Origin: Octopus sinensis
Lineage: Eukaryota
Direction: 5' to 3'
DNA length: 64,000 nt
NCBI RefSeq assembly: GCF_006345805.1
Contig: NC_043004.1
Location: 53,816,001 to 53,880,000 of the forward strand
Part shown: positions 12,120 to 25,860 of the stretch, in pieces
Numbering within the stretch: position 1 is the first letter of the stretch
Layout of the letters: each line of letters opens with the position of its first letter
Made by a program: the position numbers and the translations under genes
The notes under the pieces: model-generated
Databases searched by the model: none
Told to the model about the DNA's origin: nothing
Seen by the model: the letters and a program-made list of their open reading frames with translations, nothing else

Positions 12120-12395
12120 TTAAAGTGAAAGTATCTGACATTACAATACAGAGATATTATTGCTTCACTTTTGACCCGTAATACTGAAATAGTGAAAGAT
12201 ATCAGAGATTGCTCTGGGCTCGCATTAGGTAGGAAAGTGAAAATTTGTTTAGCCTATGACACTATAACACTATATGGACCCTAAGTGATGTATGTGTAAA
12301 ATTTGAATGAAATCGGTTGTGTATTTCTCGAGTTTTAGAGATTCACACAGATACACGCACACAGACACACATTCCCATCTTTATATACATATATA
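12120..12395 (-). mobile_element. Non-autonomous Helitron/DINE-like repeat fragment
   Basis: Reverse complement of the same family as 32581-33170 (CTAAAACTCGAGAAATACACAACCGATTTCATTCAAATTTTACAC), with a TATATAAAG + (GTCT/GT)n-type 5' end. The classification rests on architecture only. Confidence 0.5.
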
Positions 12396-12408
12396 TGTAT
12401 ATTTATAG

Positions 12409-12443
<35 letters not shown>

Positions 12444-12490
12444 TAATATATAGATATATAATATAATTATGTTATATATATATATATATA

Positions 12491-12564
<74 letters not shown>

Positions 12565-13481
12565 TATGTTTGTCTGTGTCTGTGTGTCTTTGTGTGTCTG
12601 TGTGTGTGCGTGTGTGTATGTGTATATATATGTATATACTCATTGGCTCTTTTCAGTTTTTCTCAACCAGATCCACACACAAGGATTTCGTCGGCCCAAG
12701 ACTATGCTAGAGGGCACGTGCCTTAGGTAACACGGAGTGGAACTGAGCCGGAAACATGTAGTAAGGAATTACAACTTCTTGCCCAACAGCCTACTCTTTC
12801 ATTTACCACAAATATCAGACATGGGATTTCCATGGGTACTACTAGTTAATGCAACAAAAGCTAATAGGATGTAACATAAAACGCAAACCCAAACACACAC
12901 AGATATACATATGTATGTGCATGAGCATACCTTTGTGCTTGAGTGTGAGCGTGTACGCGTAAGTTTCTAATATATTCTTCGACAATGCACTTTGTTTCCT
13001 GGAAACATGATAATGCACAATCCCACACATCTTCAGCCGTCGGCAGAGTGATAACATTTATGGTAATTCGATTAATGAATGTTTACGTTGTACACTAAAT
13101 GTCTTTGTTTCCTAGGTGGGAATATTTAAATAGAAATATATACCCTGCTGTGGTTCACTAAACCACCCAAACGTTTAGCGCGAGGTTACATGGAAACGTT
13201 AGGTGTAATATCATATCCGGAAAAGCGTAACAGGAACGCTTACATGAAAAGATGCTTAAAACCTGACAGAAATAGATAGTTCGCGAACGCTTCCACGATA
13301 TAATCTTTGCATAATGACTTTATCAAAGGAATATTCATATGTCGGTCCAAATATAAATAATAATGCGAAAAAAGCTAACGACATAAACACTTGTAATGTA
13401 AAAAGTCAGGCTAGGTTACATACATAAATATGTGTGTGTGTGTGCAAATCATATATGTATATATAATATATATATATTATA

Positions 13482-13522
<41 letters not shown>

Positions 13523-13536
13523 ATATACATATATAC

Positions 13537-13571
<35 letters not shown>

Positions 13572-13572
13572 A

Positions 13573-13624
<52 letters not shown>

Positions 13625-13735
13625 ATATGACTATATAAGGGTAAATTATTATTAGTTTTAAAAAAGCCAACATTATTTTTGGGTAGATTTCGGTATGTAA
13701 ATATACCATTATCGGTAGGAACTTTTTTAAAAAGT

Positions 13736-13770
<35 letters not shown>

Positions 13771-14025
13771 GAACATACAACATATCCATGTAATTTACAT
13801 ATGTAAAACAGAAGGAAAAAATAACGAAAACAAAGTCCAGGGTTATTTACGGATGCGTTTCTGGATTAGAATTATAAATCAATTCATTTCCTTTCTCAAC
13901 GTAACATTCCACTCAGATAGATGTGGAGTCGTATTTGTAGAAAATAGAAATAAACAGTCTTTGACTGCTATTTCTAATTTTTCGGTATGTGGCTAAGCAA
14001 CCTGTTACCTGCTCCTTTTTATTTA

Positions 14026-14069
<44 letters not shown>

Positions 14070-14512
14070 TATATGTGACAACAGTTTGAATCAAACTCCT
14101 TCGTACTCCGAGTTTCAAGCGTGATGCTAATTCTCAGCCATTGAGCCAATGTTTATTACCGGACGGCGGCTTACGATTAGTCGAGAAATGTCACGGTGAC
14201 ACAGATTGATTTTGGTATTTCAGTGGTAACAATTACTTGGACAATACCGTGGTGCACAGGAAATCGGTTGCATGGTTGGTGGGGGATAAGAAGGTAGATG
14301 TACGAATTATATGCGTATAAATGAGTGAGTGTATGTGTTTGTATATCTGTGTGTCTGTATTTTTGCGAGTGTATGTATGAGTGCATAGATTTCCATTGAC
14401 TCTTGAAACTCAGAGTACCAAGAAGTTTGAATCAAACTGTTTTGATCCATACATATAACTTCCAATAAATGTGTTGAGTGCCCTTCTTTCATTTGTTCAC
14501 TCCCTCGTATAA
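14070..14512. mobile_element. Mariner-derived MITE-like remnant
   Basis: Subterminal inverted repeat at about 14080-14116 and 14401-14436. The right end reads CCCTCGTA-TA, the reverse of the TACGAGGG mariner-type terminus. Confidence 0.45.
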
Positions 14513-14689
14513 AAGTATAAGTATTTTTATTTGCATCCATAGGACGAGAATGGACATAATTTTTTGTTAAATTGTAAATACTGCCAGAGCAAAGTTTTCT
14601 CAGTACAATGGGTTCAACTCAACACGGTCTACATCGCAGGCGGTAATCTTGCGCTATATTTGGTCTCAATCTCGAAATAGCTGTGAAAT

Positions 14690-14830
14690 AGTTTCGATAT
14701 GGAATGTTGTATCCACTTCAGAAAACTCGCTTTCACCTCATTTGTTTCATCAAATCTTTGTCCCCGGAAACTATACTCCATTGGATCAAACACGTGGAAA
14801 TTTGATAATGGTACCACACAGTATGGCGAC
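14690..14830 (-). mobile_element. Mariner transposase C-terminal fragment
   Basis: SPYCVVPLSNFHVFDPMEYSFRGQRFDETNEVK resembles YSPDLAPSDFHLF..L...RF....EVK. Confidence 0.5.
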
Positions 14831-15643
14831 TCAGGTTAACTACAAAAACCGTGAAAGGATAAACAAAGACAAAGATGTGTGAATCATAGCGTCAAAGAGC
14901 GCATTTAGCCATTCACCATATTACAATACTTGTTACCATAAGTTTGACTACCGTCGCTCATCTCCGTTGTATTCATTGACAAAGTTTTATTATCAGTATT
15001 CAAACATTTGCTGCACTGGAGACTATATAGGCAACAATTTTCTCTTTATGTGTACATTTTATTCACCAGTTCTTTAAAATATTTCTTTCATTTTTCATTT
15101 TTCGCTTTTTATGCGACGTTTCAGGCATACGCGCAGATGACCTTTAAATTTATAGATTATTTTAGGTTTGTGGTTCAACTGAGGTTGTGGCGTAACAGTT
15201 AGAGAATCTTAGCTTTGTGTCTTTAGTCTGGTCATAAAGTTGAAAACTTTACCGGTTTTAACATTTAACAACCATTCTTTCTGTCGATTCGTCTTTCTCA
15301 TTATGACTGGCCTTATGAAATATGTGTGCCTGTGTGTGTGAGTGTATATGTGTGCGCGATCGCATATGTATGGATGCATCTATATATATGTATTATGTGT
15401 TTGATAACAGTTTGACCTGCCTCCATGCAATTGAAGATTACATAGGCGCCAGCGCATTCGTATTTTTCGTCTTTGCCGAGTTAGGTTTGGTGGATGACCC
15501 TACGAAACTTTAAACTCATTCGAGAATAATTGGACTGCTGTTCAGTATTCCTATCGAAAGTGTTTCGTGACAACTTTTTGTTTGATATATATGTATTTAT
15601 GTACATATACAAACACACATACACACACACGCACACACACACA

Positions 15644-15692
<49 letters not shown>

Positions 15693-16581
15693 ACACACAC
15701 ACACACACATATGTATATATAATAGATTATATTAGATATAATATATAGATTATAGATATATTATCTATATATATATAGGCTAATGTAGGATAAAATTTTT
15801 TGCAAAACATTTTATTCAATGGCCAGATATAAAAAAACCTTTAAGGTTATTATAAGCAACTTATAAATAAGGGCAAACGAAAAAAATTCTGATGCCAAAT
15901 ATGCCGAAAATTGGACATATTGTCCATTTACCATATAATTTTTCCCAGAAATTTTTTGTTTGTCTTTATTTATAAGTTGTTTATATATATATATATATAG
16001 ATATATATAATATATATATATAATAGAAATATTAAAATTACTAAGTCTCTCTAAAAGAGAACAACGGCAGCGTTCCCGGAAAATATTAGTTATCGCCATA
16101 CTAATATGGCATTCTTATAAAATAAGAATAAAGCTGACCGCTTATTAGCTCCATGAGGCCATCGCCTTAAGTTAGCTATTTGATACACAAACTGTATCCA
16201 TATAACCTTTGAAACAAGGGAGGTCAGTCGCCCCACAACTTGGCCGGCAGCTACAGACGCGTTTCGGGTATTGCCCCTTTTCAATAGCGTAGCCAAACCA
16301 GTAGGTGTCGCTTCTGACAGTCTCTGTTCAAAGTTTTATTTACCTAGCTTCGGTGGAATACATCCACTTGTTTTCAATAATAGAAATATTAAAATTCTAA
16401 GTCTCTCTAAAAGAGAACAACGGCAGCGTTTCCGGAACGCTGCCGTTGTTCTCTTTTAGAGAGACTTAGTAATTTTAATATTTCTATTATTGAAAACAAG
16501 TGGATGTATTCCACCGCGAAGCTAGGTAAATAAAACCTTTGAACAGAGACTGTCAGAAGCGACACCTACTGGTTTGGCTAC

Positions 16582-16623
16582 GCTGCATTGAAAAGGGGCA
16601 ATACCCCGAAACGCGTCTGTAGC
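16582..16623 (+). ncRNA. Minimal type I hammerhead ribozyme with U3-A8 compensatory core (family E)
   Basis: GCUGCA-UUGAAAA-GGGG caaua CCCC-GAAAC-GC-GUC|UGUAGC. Stem I is 6 bp with one G.U, stem II is 4 GC pairs, and stem III is the palindrome ACGCGU. Confidence 0.8.
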
Positions 16624-16939
16624 TGCCGGCCAAGTAGTGTGGAGCGGACCTCCCTTGTTCAAAGGTTATATGGATACAGTTTGTGTATCAAATAGCTAAC
16701 TTAAGGCGATGGCCTCATGGAGCTAAATAAGCGGTCAGCTTTATTCTTATTTTTATAAGAATGCCATATAGTATGGCGATAACTAATATTTTCCGGGAAC
16801 GCTGCCGTTGTTCTCTTTTAGAGAGACTTAGTAATTTTAATATTTCTATTATTGAAAACAAGGATGTATTCCACCGAAGCTAGGTAAATAAAACCTTTGA
16901 ACAGCGACTGTCAGAAGCGACACCTACTGGTTTGGCTAC

Positions 16940-16981
16940 GCTGCATTGAAAAGGGGCAATACCCCGAAACGCGTCTGTAGC
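16940..16981 (+). ncRNA. Second identical family-E hammerhead, 358 nt downstream
   Basis: Same 42-nt sequence as 16582-16623. A slightly deleted antisense copy lies at about 16250-16288. Confidence 0.8.
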
Positions 16982-17150
16982 TGCCGGCCAAGTAGTGTGG
17001 AGCGACTGACCCCCTTGTTCAAAGGTTATATGGATACAGTTGTGTATCAAATAGCTAACTAAGGCGATGGCCTCATGGAGCTAAGAAGCGGTCAGCTTTA
17101 TTCTCTTCTTTTTATAAGAATGCCATATTAGTATGGCGATAACTAATATA

Positions 17151-17195
<45 letters not shown>

Positions 17196-17272
17196 ATATA
17201 TATATATATATACATGTATATAAACATGCCTACCATGCACATATAAATATTTATACATATATATGTGTGTAT

Positions 17273-17319
<47 letters not shown>

Positions 17320-17397
17320 TATACATTTATAATACATGTATATATAATATATGTATATATATATAGATACATTTATATAATATACATGTTATATATA

Positions 17398-17437
<40 letters not shown>

Positions 17438-18647
17438 ATATATATATATATATATTATATAAAAAATTGTGGCGTAATGAGAGAAAAATCCAAGGCTGTG
17501 TAGATAGAACATTTATAGAAACATTTATCTATAAATGTTCTAATATCTACACACCCTTGGTTTTTTTATCCCAATCTTATATACACACGCTGACATAGAA
17601 CCAACGTTGACCACTTCATCACAAATTACCGAATCTGGAACTTAATTATGGTCTGTCTATAGCACTTATTCAGCATTACCTGAACCTTTGGGTCTCAATG
17701 ACACCATTAGTTCTTATATAAATTATATATATATATATTAATATATATATATGATATATAGTATATATATAATATATATATATTTATAATATATATATTC
17801 ATGCACACACACACACTATATATATATATACCACACACACACACACCACTATATATATATATATATTTTATGGTGTGTATAACATACATACATAATTATT
17901 ATAATATCCAAATTTTAATGGGAATAAAGATATTCTTTAATACATATTTAATGATCCGTTACGATTGTTACTGTACCAAGTGCGCTTGCAACGCCAGCTA
18001 ACGCAAAAATTCGAAAAATGTCCTTAACACATGAACATACATACATATAAAGTCAGTGAGAGAGAGAGAGAAAGAAAGAGAGTGAGTGAGAGAGACAAAC
18101 ATAGACAGATAGATAGTCTGACAAATATACAGAGAGGCAGATACGAACATATGTGGATGTATTAGTGTGTGTTTAAATGTCTGTATATTCTTGCATTTGT
18201 ACGCTCGTATGTATGTTCGTATAAAAGTATCTATACAAATATGTATACGCGTATGCACGTTTTGTGTGCGTGTTTCTTAATTTTGAAAACTCGTCCACCA
18301 GGTTCGGCTGAATATATATACCTAAAGCAGCTTGTCTGGCTTAGAATGAAATTTTAAAAATACCCATCATACAACAGAAACTCCTCAAACTCATTACTTG
18401 ATTTGAGCATCCAACGAATATTACTGATTCACCATTTGAGAGAAGGTAAATGAATTTAGGAATATGAACATAATAAATTATAAATATATACGTTTCTTTG
18501 TGAATATTTCAGCTGCTTCGATCGTATGAGATTGCATATGCATGAGAGTATGTATATGTGTTTGTGGATGTGTGTTTGCGTATGGGTGCCTGTGCATGCG
18601 AGCTTGTACGAATATATATGTCTATATTGAATTATAAAAAGACAGAG

Positions 18648-18690
<43 letters not shown>

Positions 18691-18791
18691 ACACACACAC
18701 ACACATATATTTATACATATATATATATATATATTAGTAGATTTATTTACACGAAAACGTATATACATTTACACGTTTGTATGTGTGTGTG

Positions 18792-18825
<34 letters not shown>

Positions 18826-19556
18826 CTATATATTATATAAATATGTATATGTATACACACACCACACACCACACACATATATATATGTATGTATGTATGG
18901 GTTCGTGTGTTTTTCACTATAATATCTTCCTTCTTTGATATTCACCGTTCTCTTCTAAGGAAATTACACTCTCAGAGATCTAATAGCTTTCTGGAGACGT
19001 TCCAATGGAATAGTGACACTTTACTCACAGCCTCTTATAGAATATCTAACATATCTAATACGAAAACAGGAAATTGACCGAAATTGTTGATATTCTGTTG
19101 ATAGAATTTATATAGGCTAAACCTCTGATAAACGCCAGCACCAGCTTCATCATCACCATCGTCTTCATCGTTCACAACACCATTGCCAACGCCGTCACCA
19201 CCACCACCGTCGCCTCCAACTACTACCACCACTACCACCACCACCACCGCCACCGCCGCCGCCGCCGCCACCACCATCACTTTGTGGAGTATCTTAAAGA
19301 TAATATATTTACATGAATCCAGGCATAATAATTTATCACAATTTGACATGAAAGTGTTGGAGGAAAGAGAGTTATGTATATATTGAATAGAATCCTATTT
19401 GTTAGCTCTCATTTATTTCATAAAATATGTATTTTCAAATGGTCTCTGGCAAATATTCTTCCCCGCCTCCTCCGTCTTTGCTTATACATTCCTTATATCG
19501 CTATATATCTTTTTTTTTTTTTGCCATTCTTCTTAAAAAAACATATACCTGTACAA

Positions 19557-19851
19557 GTGGAGGCACATGGCCTAGTGGTTGGAGCAGCGGACTCGCGGTC
19601 GATGGATCGCGGGTTCGAATCTCAGACCGGGCGATGTGTGCGTTTGTGAGCAAAACACCTAAACTCCACGCTGCTCCGGCAGAAGGTAATGGCAAACTTC
19701 TGCTGACTCTTTCACCACAACTTTCTCTCACCCTTTCCTACTGCATCTTGCAGCTCACCTGCTCACCTGCGACAGACCGGCGTCCCGTCCAGGAGGGGAA
19801 CCTATACGCCAAGGAAACCGGGAAACCGACCCTATGAGCCAATACCTGTAT
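19557..19851 (+). mobile_element. tRNA-derived SINE
   Basis: A box TGGCCTAGTGG and B box GGTTCGAATC. The head is related to the 30823 family, with a different 3' part (GGCGTCCCGTCCAGG...GGAAACCGGGAAACCG). Confidence 0.8.
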
Positions 19852-20033
19852 AAACACATTTCTAAGTAGAGGTATACAGAAACATAAACACAAATATACA
19901 CACACGCACATACAAGCATACATATATACAATACATATGTCCCCATATGTATGTGCGGGGGTAGGTATGCGGGCATCCGTGTGTGTGTGTGTTTATGTGT
20001 TTGTATACACAGCACAAAATACACGCATATTAT

Positions 20034-20067
<34 letters not shown>

Positions 20068-20412
20068 CATTTATATGTTTTTAATAAAAGACTCGTGTAA
20101 AGGTTCACTACAGCTATTAAAGAGTTGTTTTTTATTCATGAACAAATGAATTATATTTTGTAAAAACACCGTAACCTTCAGGTGAATTTAAACTTAAATT
20201 CCAAGTTTATCATTTAGGATTTTCCACACAAAATAGTATTGAATGTATTTTGATTCTCTCATCTCGGTACGGTTACACACATACATACATACATACATAC
20301 ATACATACATACATACATACATACATACATACATACATACATGCATGCATACATACAAACATACATACATACATACATACATACATACATACAAACATAC
20401 ATACATACATAC

Positions 20413-20443
<31 letters not shown>

Positions 20444-20707
20444 CAAACATACATACATACATACATACATACAAACATAAATACATACATACATACATAC
20501 ATACACATCTTTATTTGTTTCAGTCATTAAAGAGTTTTAGTTGAAGAAATCGCCCCGAGAACTTCTCAGTAAGCCCAATGCTTAATTTATCGGTTCTTTT
20601 GCCGAATCGCTATGTTACGGGGATATAAACACACTAGTATCGGTCGTCAAATGATGGTGGGGAGACAAACGCTGACATAGACATAAATACATACATACAT
20701 ATAGGTG

Positions 20708-20745
<38 letters not shown>

Positions 20746-20746
20746 T

Positions 20747-20788
<42 letters not shown>

Positions 20789-20909
20789 TGAGAAGAGAGA
20801 GATAGAAGATAGATAGATAGATAGATAGATAGAAAAGACAGATAGAAAGATAGATAGAAGATAGATAGATAGATGATAGATAGATAGAGAGATAGATAGA
20901 TAGATAGAT

Positions 20910-20958
<49 letters not shown>

Positions 20959-21683
20959 TCAATCAATACAAGAATAATCAAGAAAAAACAACAGCTCGAG
21001 GACGTGGTACAAGTACTGTATTATTGGATGTTTAGGAAAGGAAAGAAAAGAAAGCGGAACACTTCATGAGGAACATAGAAAAAGTTCAATGAAGGGAAAT
21101 CGGAGAAAGAAAATCGCCGACGATACACACGTGGTCGTAGATATACATAGATATATGCCGAGAACCAAAATACAATTTGAGATTTGCAGAAGGTCAAAGG
21201 TGGTAACAAAACAAGACAATGAAAACATACAACAAACCAAACGAAAATAAACATGGAGGGCCGTGGAGCAATATTCTTTGACAAGAAAAAAGATAGAAGA
21301 GGTGACAGTTAAGAACGTGTCTTCGTTGTACGACAGACTGAAGGGAAAGAACTATGATCACGTGAGGAAAACATGGACGAAAGAGAGTAAAGACGAAGGG
21401 AGAGAGAGTGAGAGAGAGAGAGAGAGAGAGAAACGGGTGAAGAATTAGAAGGAAAGAGAGGAAGAACGAAAGTAGGAGAGAGAACAGTAAAGGGTAAAGA
21501 TAAATTTATTTGAAAAGGAATGCGTGTCGTTCAATCATATAATAATATAAGTGATATATATATGCATATATAGGTACAAGACGTCTCTTTCCATTTGTTT
21601 CTTTCGTTGCTCGCATAGCCAAGTTAGCCTTCGTATTTCAGTTGTTTACATTTTGTGACGTCCTGTACCCATATATGCATATA

Positions 21684-21731
<48 letters not shown>

Positions 21732-22723
21732 GTATTATATATATGTGTATGTGTGTGTGTGTATAAATATATATATATATACATACGTATATATATGTAT
21801 GTAAACATGTATACATACATACACACATATATACATATACACATACTACATACAAACTTACATACATACACACACCCACATACATACATACATATATACA
21901 TATATACACAGGTATTGATCGAATGCCCCAGACAGAAATCCTCACCAACACACATGGAGCACGCAGAGAATCACTCACACATATATTCTTATAATTATAC
22001 ATACATACGTACATACAAGCAGACATACATACATACCTATATATATATATATAATATATTTTATATTGTATATATATATATATATAATATATATATGTGT
22101 GTATGTATGCATATATACCTTCGTTCATAACACATAAAAAGAGGTATATTACAAGCAGATATAACGACAGTATATATACATACATATAATATATATAATA
22201 TATATATATATATATATACACACACTCTCGCTGTACACGTTACCACACATTGCATATGCCTTGTACACTCTACACTTCGTAGTTTTTCATTTCAAACAAT
22301 AGCTTTCCGCATGTGTATTGATTTCTGTCTCTATCCGATTATCTTGTGGCGCCCCCTGCCTGCTCAATTCATGCTAGATTGCATTACGTGGTCTACCACG
22401 AAAGATGATGATTGCAATTGTGTGCCATTAATGTACGTACACGTATGTGCTAACCGCTGACATGACAACAGAGATGTTAAAATGAACATTCATATACAGA
22501 AATATATGCGCTGTAGATTGATTGAATAGCAATATTATATACTTAGATACATATATACATACATACATACATACATACATACATACATACATACATACAT
22601 ACATACATACATACATACATGCAAACATATATACATACATACGTGTGGATTTGCAATTTTTCCTTTGATATTCTCTGTATATATGCATAATGCAAAAGCG
22701 TATGTATATAGATATATATATAT

Positions 22724-22804
<81 letters not shown>

Positions 22805-22817
22805 CAGACAGAAAGAC

Positions 22818-22867
<50 letters not shown>

Positions 22868-23084
22868 GCAAAAATATGGTTAAGCAGAAATGAAAAGAAA
22901 ATTGATGATTGCAATGAAAGTAATTGATATACACATATAAAAACATACGCATACACACATACCCAATCACAGACATACACACACATACACTCACACACAC
23001 ACAGATATACGAATATATAGACATATACACTATATGTATATATATGTATATGTATATATAGTATATATGTATATATACATACAT

Positions 23085-23161
<77 letters not shown>

Positions 23162-24522
23162 ATATGTAAGTATGCATGCATGTATGCATACATATGTGTG
23201 TGTGCGCGCGTGGATGTGTGTGTATGTATGAAGTACCATCATTGCACTCATTAATTATCATTTCATTTCTGCTTTAGTATATGTGTATCTATCTATCTCT
23301 ATTCATCTACCTATCCATCCATGTATGTATGTATCCTCTCTCTCTTTCTCTCTCCCTCTCTCCCTCTTTCAATCCATCCATCTATTAGTCTGTCTCTCTA
23401 CTCAGCTATCTATTTATTTGTCTGCCTTTCTGTCTGCCTTCTGTCTGTCTATCTATAAGTTATGAATCAAAGTCTGTAATTGTTAAAAGGGACGCACTCT
23501 TTAACGTATTTTATATCAGTGAACGATGGTATACACAGAAACACACAGATCACGTGTGTGTGTGTATGTGTATATACCTATACGTATATGTGTATACACA
23601 TATACGTATATGAGTCTCCACTGACACAACAATATATATGTATATGTGTGTGTGTGTGTGTGTATACGTATATATATATAAATATATAAATATAAGATAC
23701 CTGTATATATCTATGTATGTGTACGTATGTAGATCGATAAGCACATGCCTATACAGATAAGTACAGAGAGAAACAGACAGAGACAGAGAGACAGACAGAC
23801 AGACATATACACTCTAGCCCACCCTGAGAGGTGTGAGTGCGTACGACTTGTATGATTGCGTGTGACCGTTAGTGCATGCTTAGTTGCGCGCGCATACGCG
23901 CGTCAGTGGTGGTGGTGTAATGTTTGGGTGAACATCAGTACCCCGTTTTTCAATTGTTATTTCTATGATAAGTCTATTCTATCTCGAGAATATCGGTCGG
24001 AAATAAGGAAATTATTTCACTCAGCATACTCTAATCTCAAAAAAATATATATATTTTAACATTTCTTTCATGATGTAAGGGAATTTCACCTTCTAATATT
24101 ATCCATTAAATCTTATCTTTTCCCCTTTTTTTTTTCATTCCCTCAAACATCTGATTCATTTTTCTAATTGATGCTTACTAATAGCCAGATAATGGTTTCT
24201 TGCTATTTCTGAGTTTCCGTTGATTTCCAAACGCTTGTCAGATGACAACGCAATTACTCTACTAAGATCTATTGTCTGCATGGAATTGGTTTTAGACAGC
24301 TCTTCCATAGATGCAAAGAGTAGTTGAGAGATTCAAACGCAATATGTGAGCATATAGAGTTCGTCTGAATAAAATATGCGATTATTTATTGTTTCCATTT
24401 ACATGTATACGCTCATACAAACATATACAGACTAACAGAAACACACACACACACACGTATATCTAGATAGATAAATAGTCATAAATATTTAATACATATA
24501 TATAAGGTATACATATGTGTAT

Positions 24523-24972
24523 GCGCAGGCACGGCTGTGTGGTAGGCAGTTCTCTTCCCAACCGCATTAGTCCCGGGTTCAGTCTCTGCCTGGCACCTTG
24601 GGTAAATGTCTTCTATATCCTCGGGCCGACCAAAGCCTTCTGTGTGGATTTGGTTGACGGAAACTACAGAAGCCCGTCGTATATATGCATTTATATATGT
24701 GTGTGTGTGTGTGTTTGTATGTGTGTGTGCGTGACTACTTAGCCGTGTGTGTATATGTTTGTGTGTTTGTGTGTGCCTGTGTTTGTACACCCACCATAGC
24801 TTGACAAGATATTGGTGTGTTTATATCCCCATATGTAGCGGTTCAGCAAGAGAGTCCGACAGAATAATTACTAATCTTACAAAGAATAAGTCCTGGGGTC
24901 GATTTCTTTTACTAAAACCCTTTGAGGCGGTGCTCCAGCATGGATGCAATCCAATTACTGAAACAAAAGAAT
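24523..24972 (+). mobile_element. SINE family 1 (GGCGCAGGAGTGGCTGTGTGG head, CCAGCATGG tail)
   Basis: Collinear with 28567-28985. Further partial copies lie at about 6100-6215 (-), 11830-11980 (-), 12640-12790 (-), 20520-20670 (-), 41958-42115 (+) and 56350-56655 (-). Confidence 0.85.
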
Positions 24973-24976
24973 ACAT

Positions 24977-25011
<35 letters not shown>

Positions 25012-25798
25012 AACACACACACATACGCACACACATACAGAGTTGAAGCTGTATTTGATTTTTTTTCACCTTCTACCCTTTTTATATATAAAATACTACA
25101 ATTAACCATCATTTTTGAAGGCAAGGAGGCCAGCTAGTATATATATATATATATACTACACTACATCGTGACAGACACATTGTCCCGATTGACTGTTTAA
25201 TGAAGTAACTCCGCAGAAGGTACAACACATCCGTGTGACGTTATCCAAACGTATTCTAAGCAGCAGTACGCCATTGGTCTGTTTGAGACGGCTTTCACTT
25301 TACATTTTTTATTATATGTCTCAATGACATTTTCCTTAATACCCCATAATTTATCTATTTAATACCAGGATTAAAAAGATAAAAATGCCGTAAAAATAAG
25401 TACATTTGGCATTTCATAACTTTATATTAAGAAAGCAATATTTATTAAAAACTTATTCCTTTCGAAATCACATATTTAACCGTAACTGAACTGGACGCAA
25501 ACAGTTTCTTTTCTTTTTATAATTGGAAATATCGCGTTTTGAGTTCTACTTTAGCTATGATATCCATTTTGATGTCTATCAAAACGTATTTAAAAAAACA
25601 AAAACATTAGTGTCAGTGCTTAACAGTTCCCTATATATGATATTTATGAAAATTCTTCATACATGATATCAAATGCTTCTCCCTTTAATTGTTGTCTTAT
25701 TCTGTCTTCCTTTATATCATAGTAGCCTTTCTTTCACACCCCCTCCCTTCCTGACACTATCTCTTCTGTATCCAAGCACAACACACGTGTGGTATATG

Positions 25799-25860
<62 letters not shown>

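Larger units (their letters stand above)
16021..17149. mobile_element. Tandem plus inverted array of a 358-bp HHR-bearing unit (family E; retrozyme or PLE pseudo-LTR type)
   Basis: About 1.15 antisense units (16021-16430), a palindrome centre at GCGTT-TCCGG-AACGC (about 16433), then about 2 sense units (16436-17149). (TA)n on both sides. Confidence 0.78.

Noticed and set aside
13675-13720. Minus-strand CCGATAA-T-GGTA...TACC-GAAA near (TA)n
   Set aside because: Stem II pairs, but the core has several changes and stem I does not pair; too degenerate to call.
16021-17149. CRISPR-like or tRNA/rRNA interpretation of repeats and SINE heads
   Set aside because: There is no repeat-spacer periodicity and the context is eukaryotic. 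The tRNA-like A/B boxes belong to SINE heads and do not form complete cloverleaves.
19140-19275. Poly-Thr/Pro/Ala or poly-Val ORFs over a mixed CAC/GCC trinucleotide tract
   Set aside because: Low-complexity trinucleotide mosaic with no recognisable domain or convincing splice context.
21263-21448. Charged 61-aa ORF (MEQYSLTRKKIEEV...)
   Set aside because: Purine-rich sequence running into (GA)n, with no recognisable homology.
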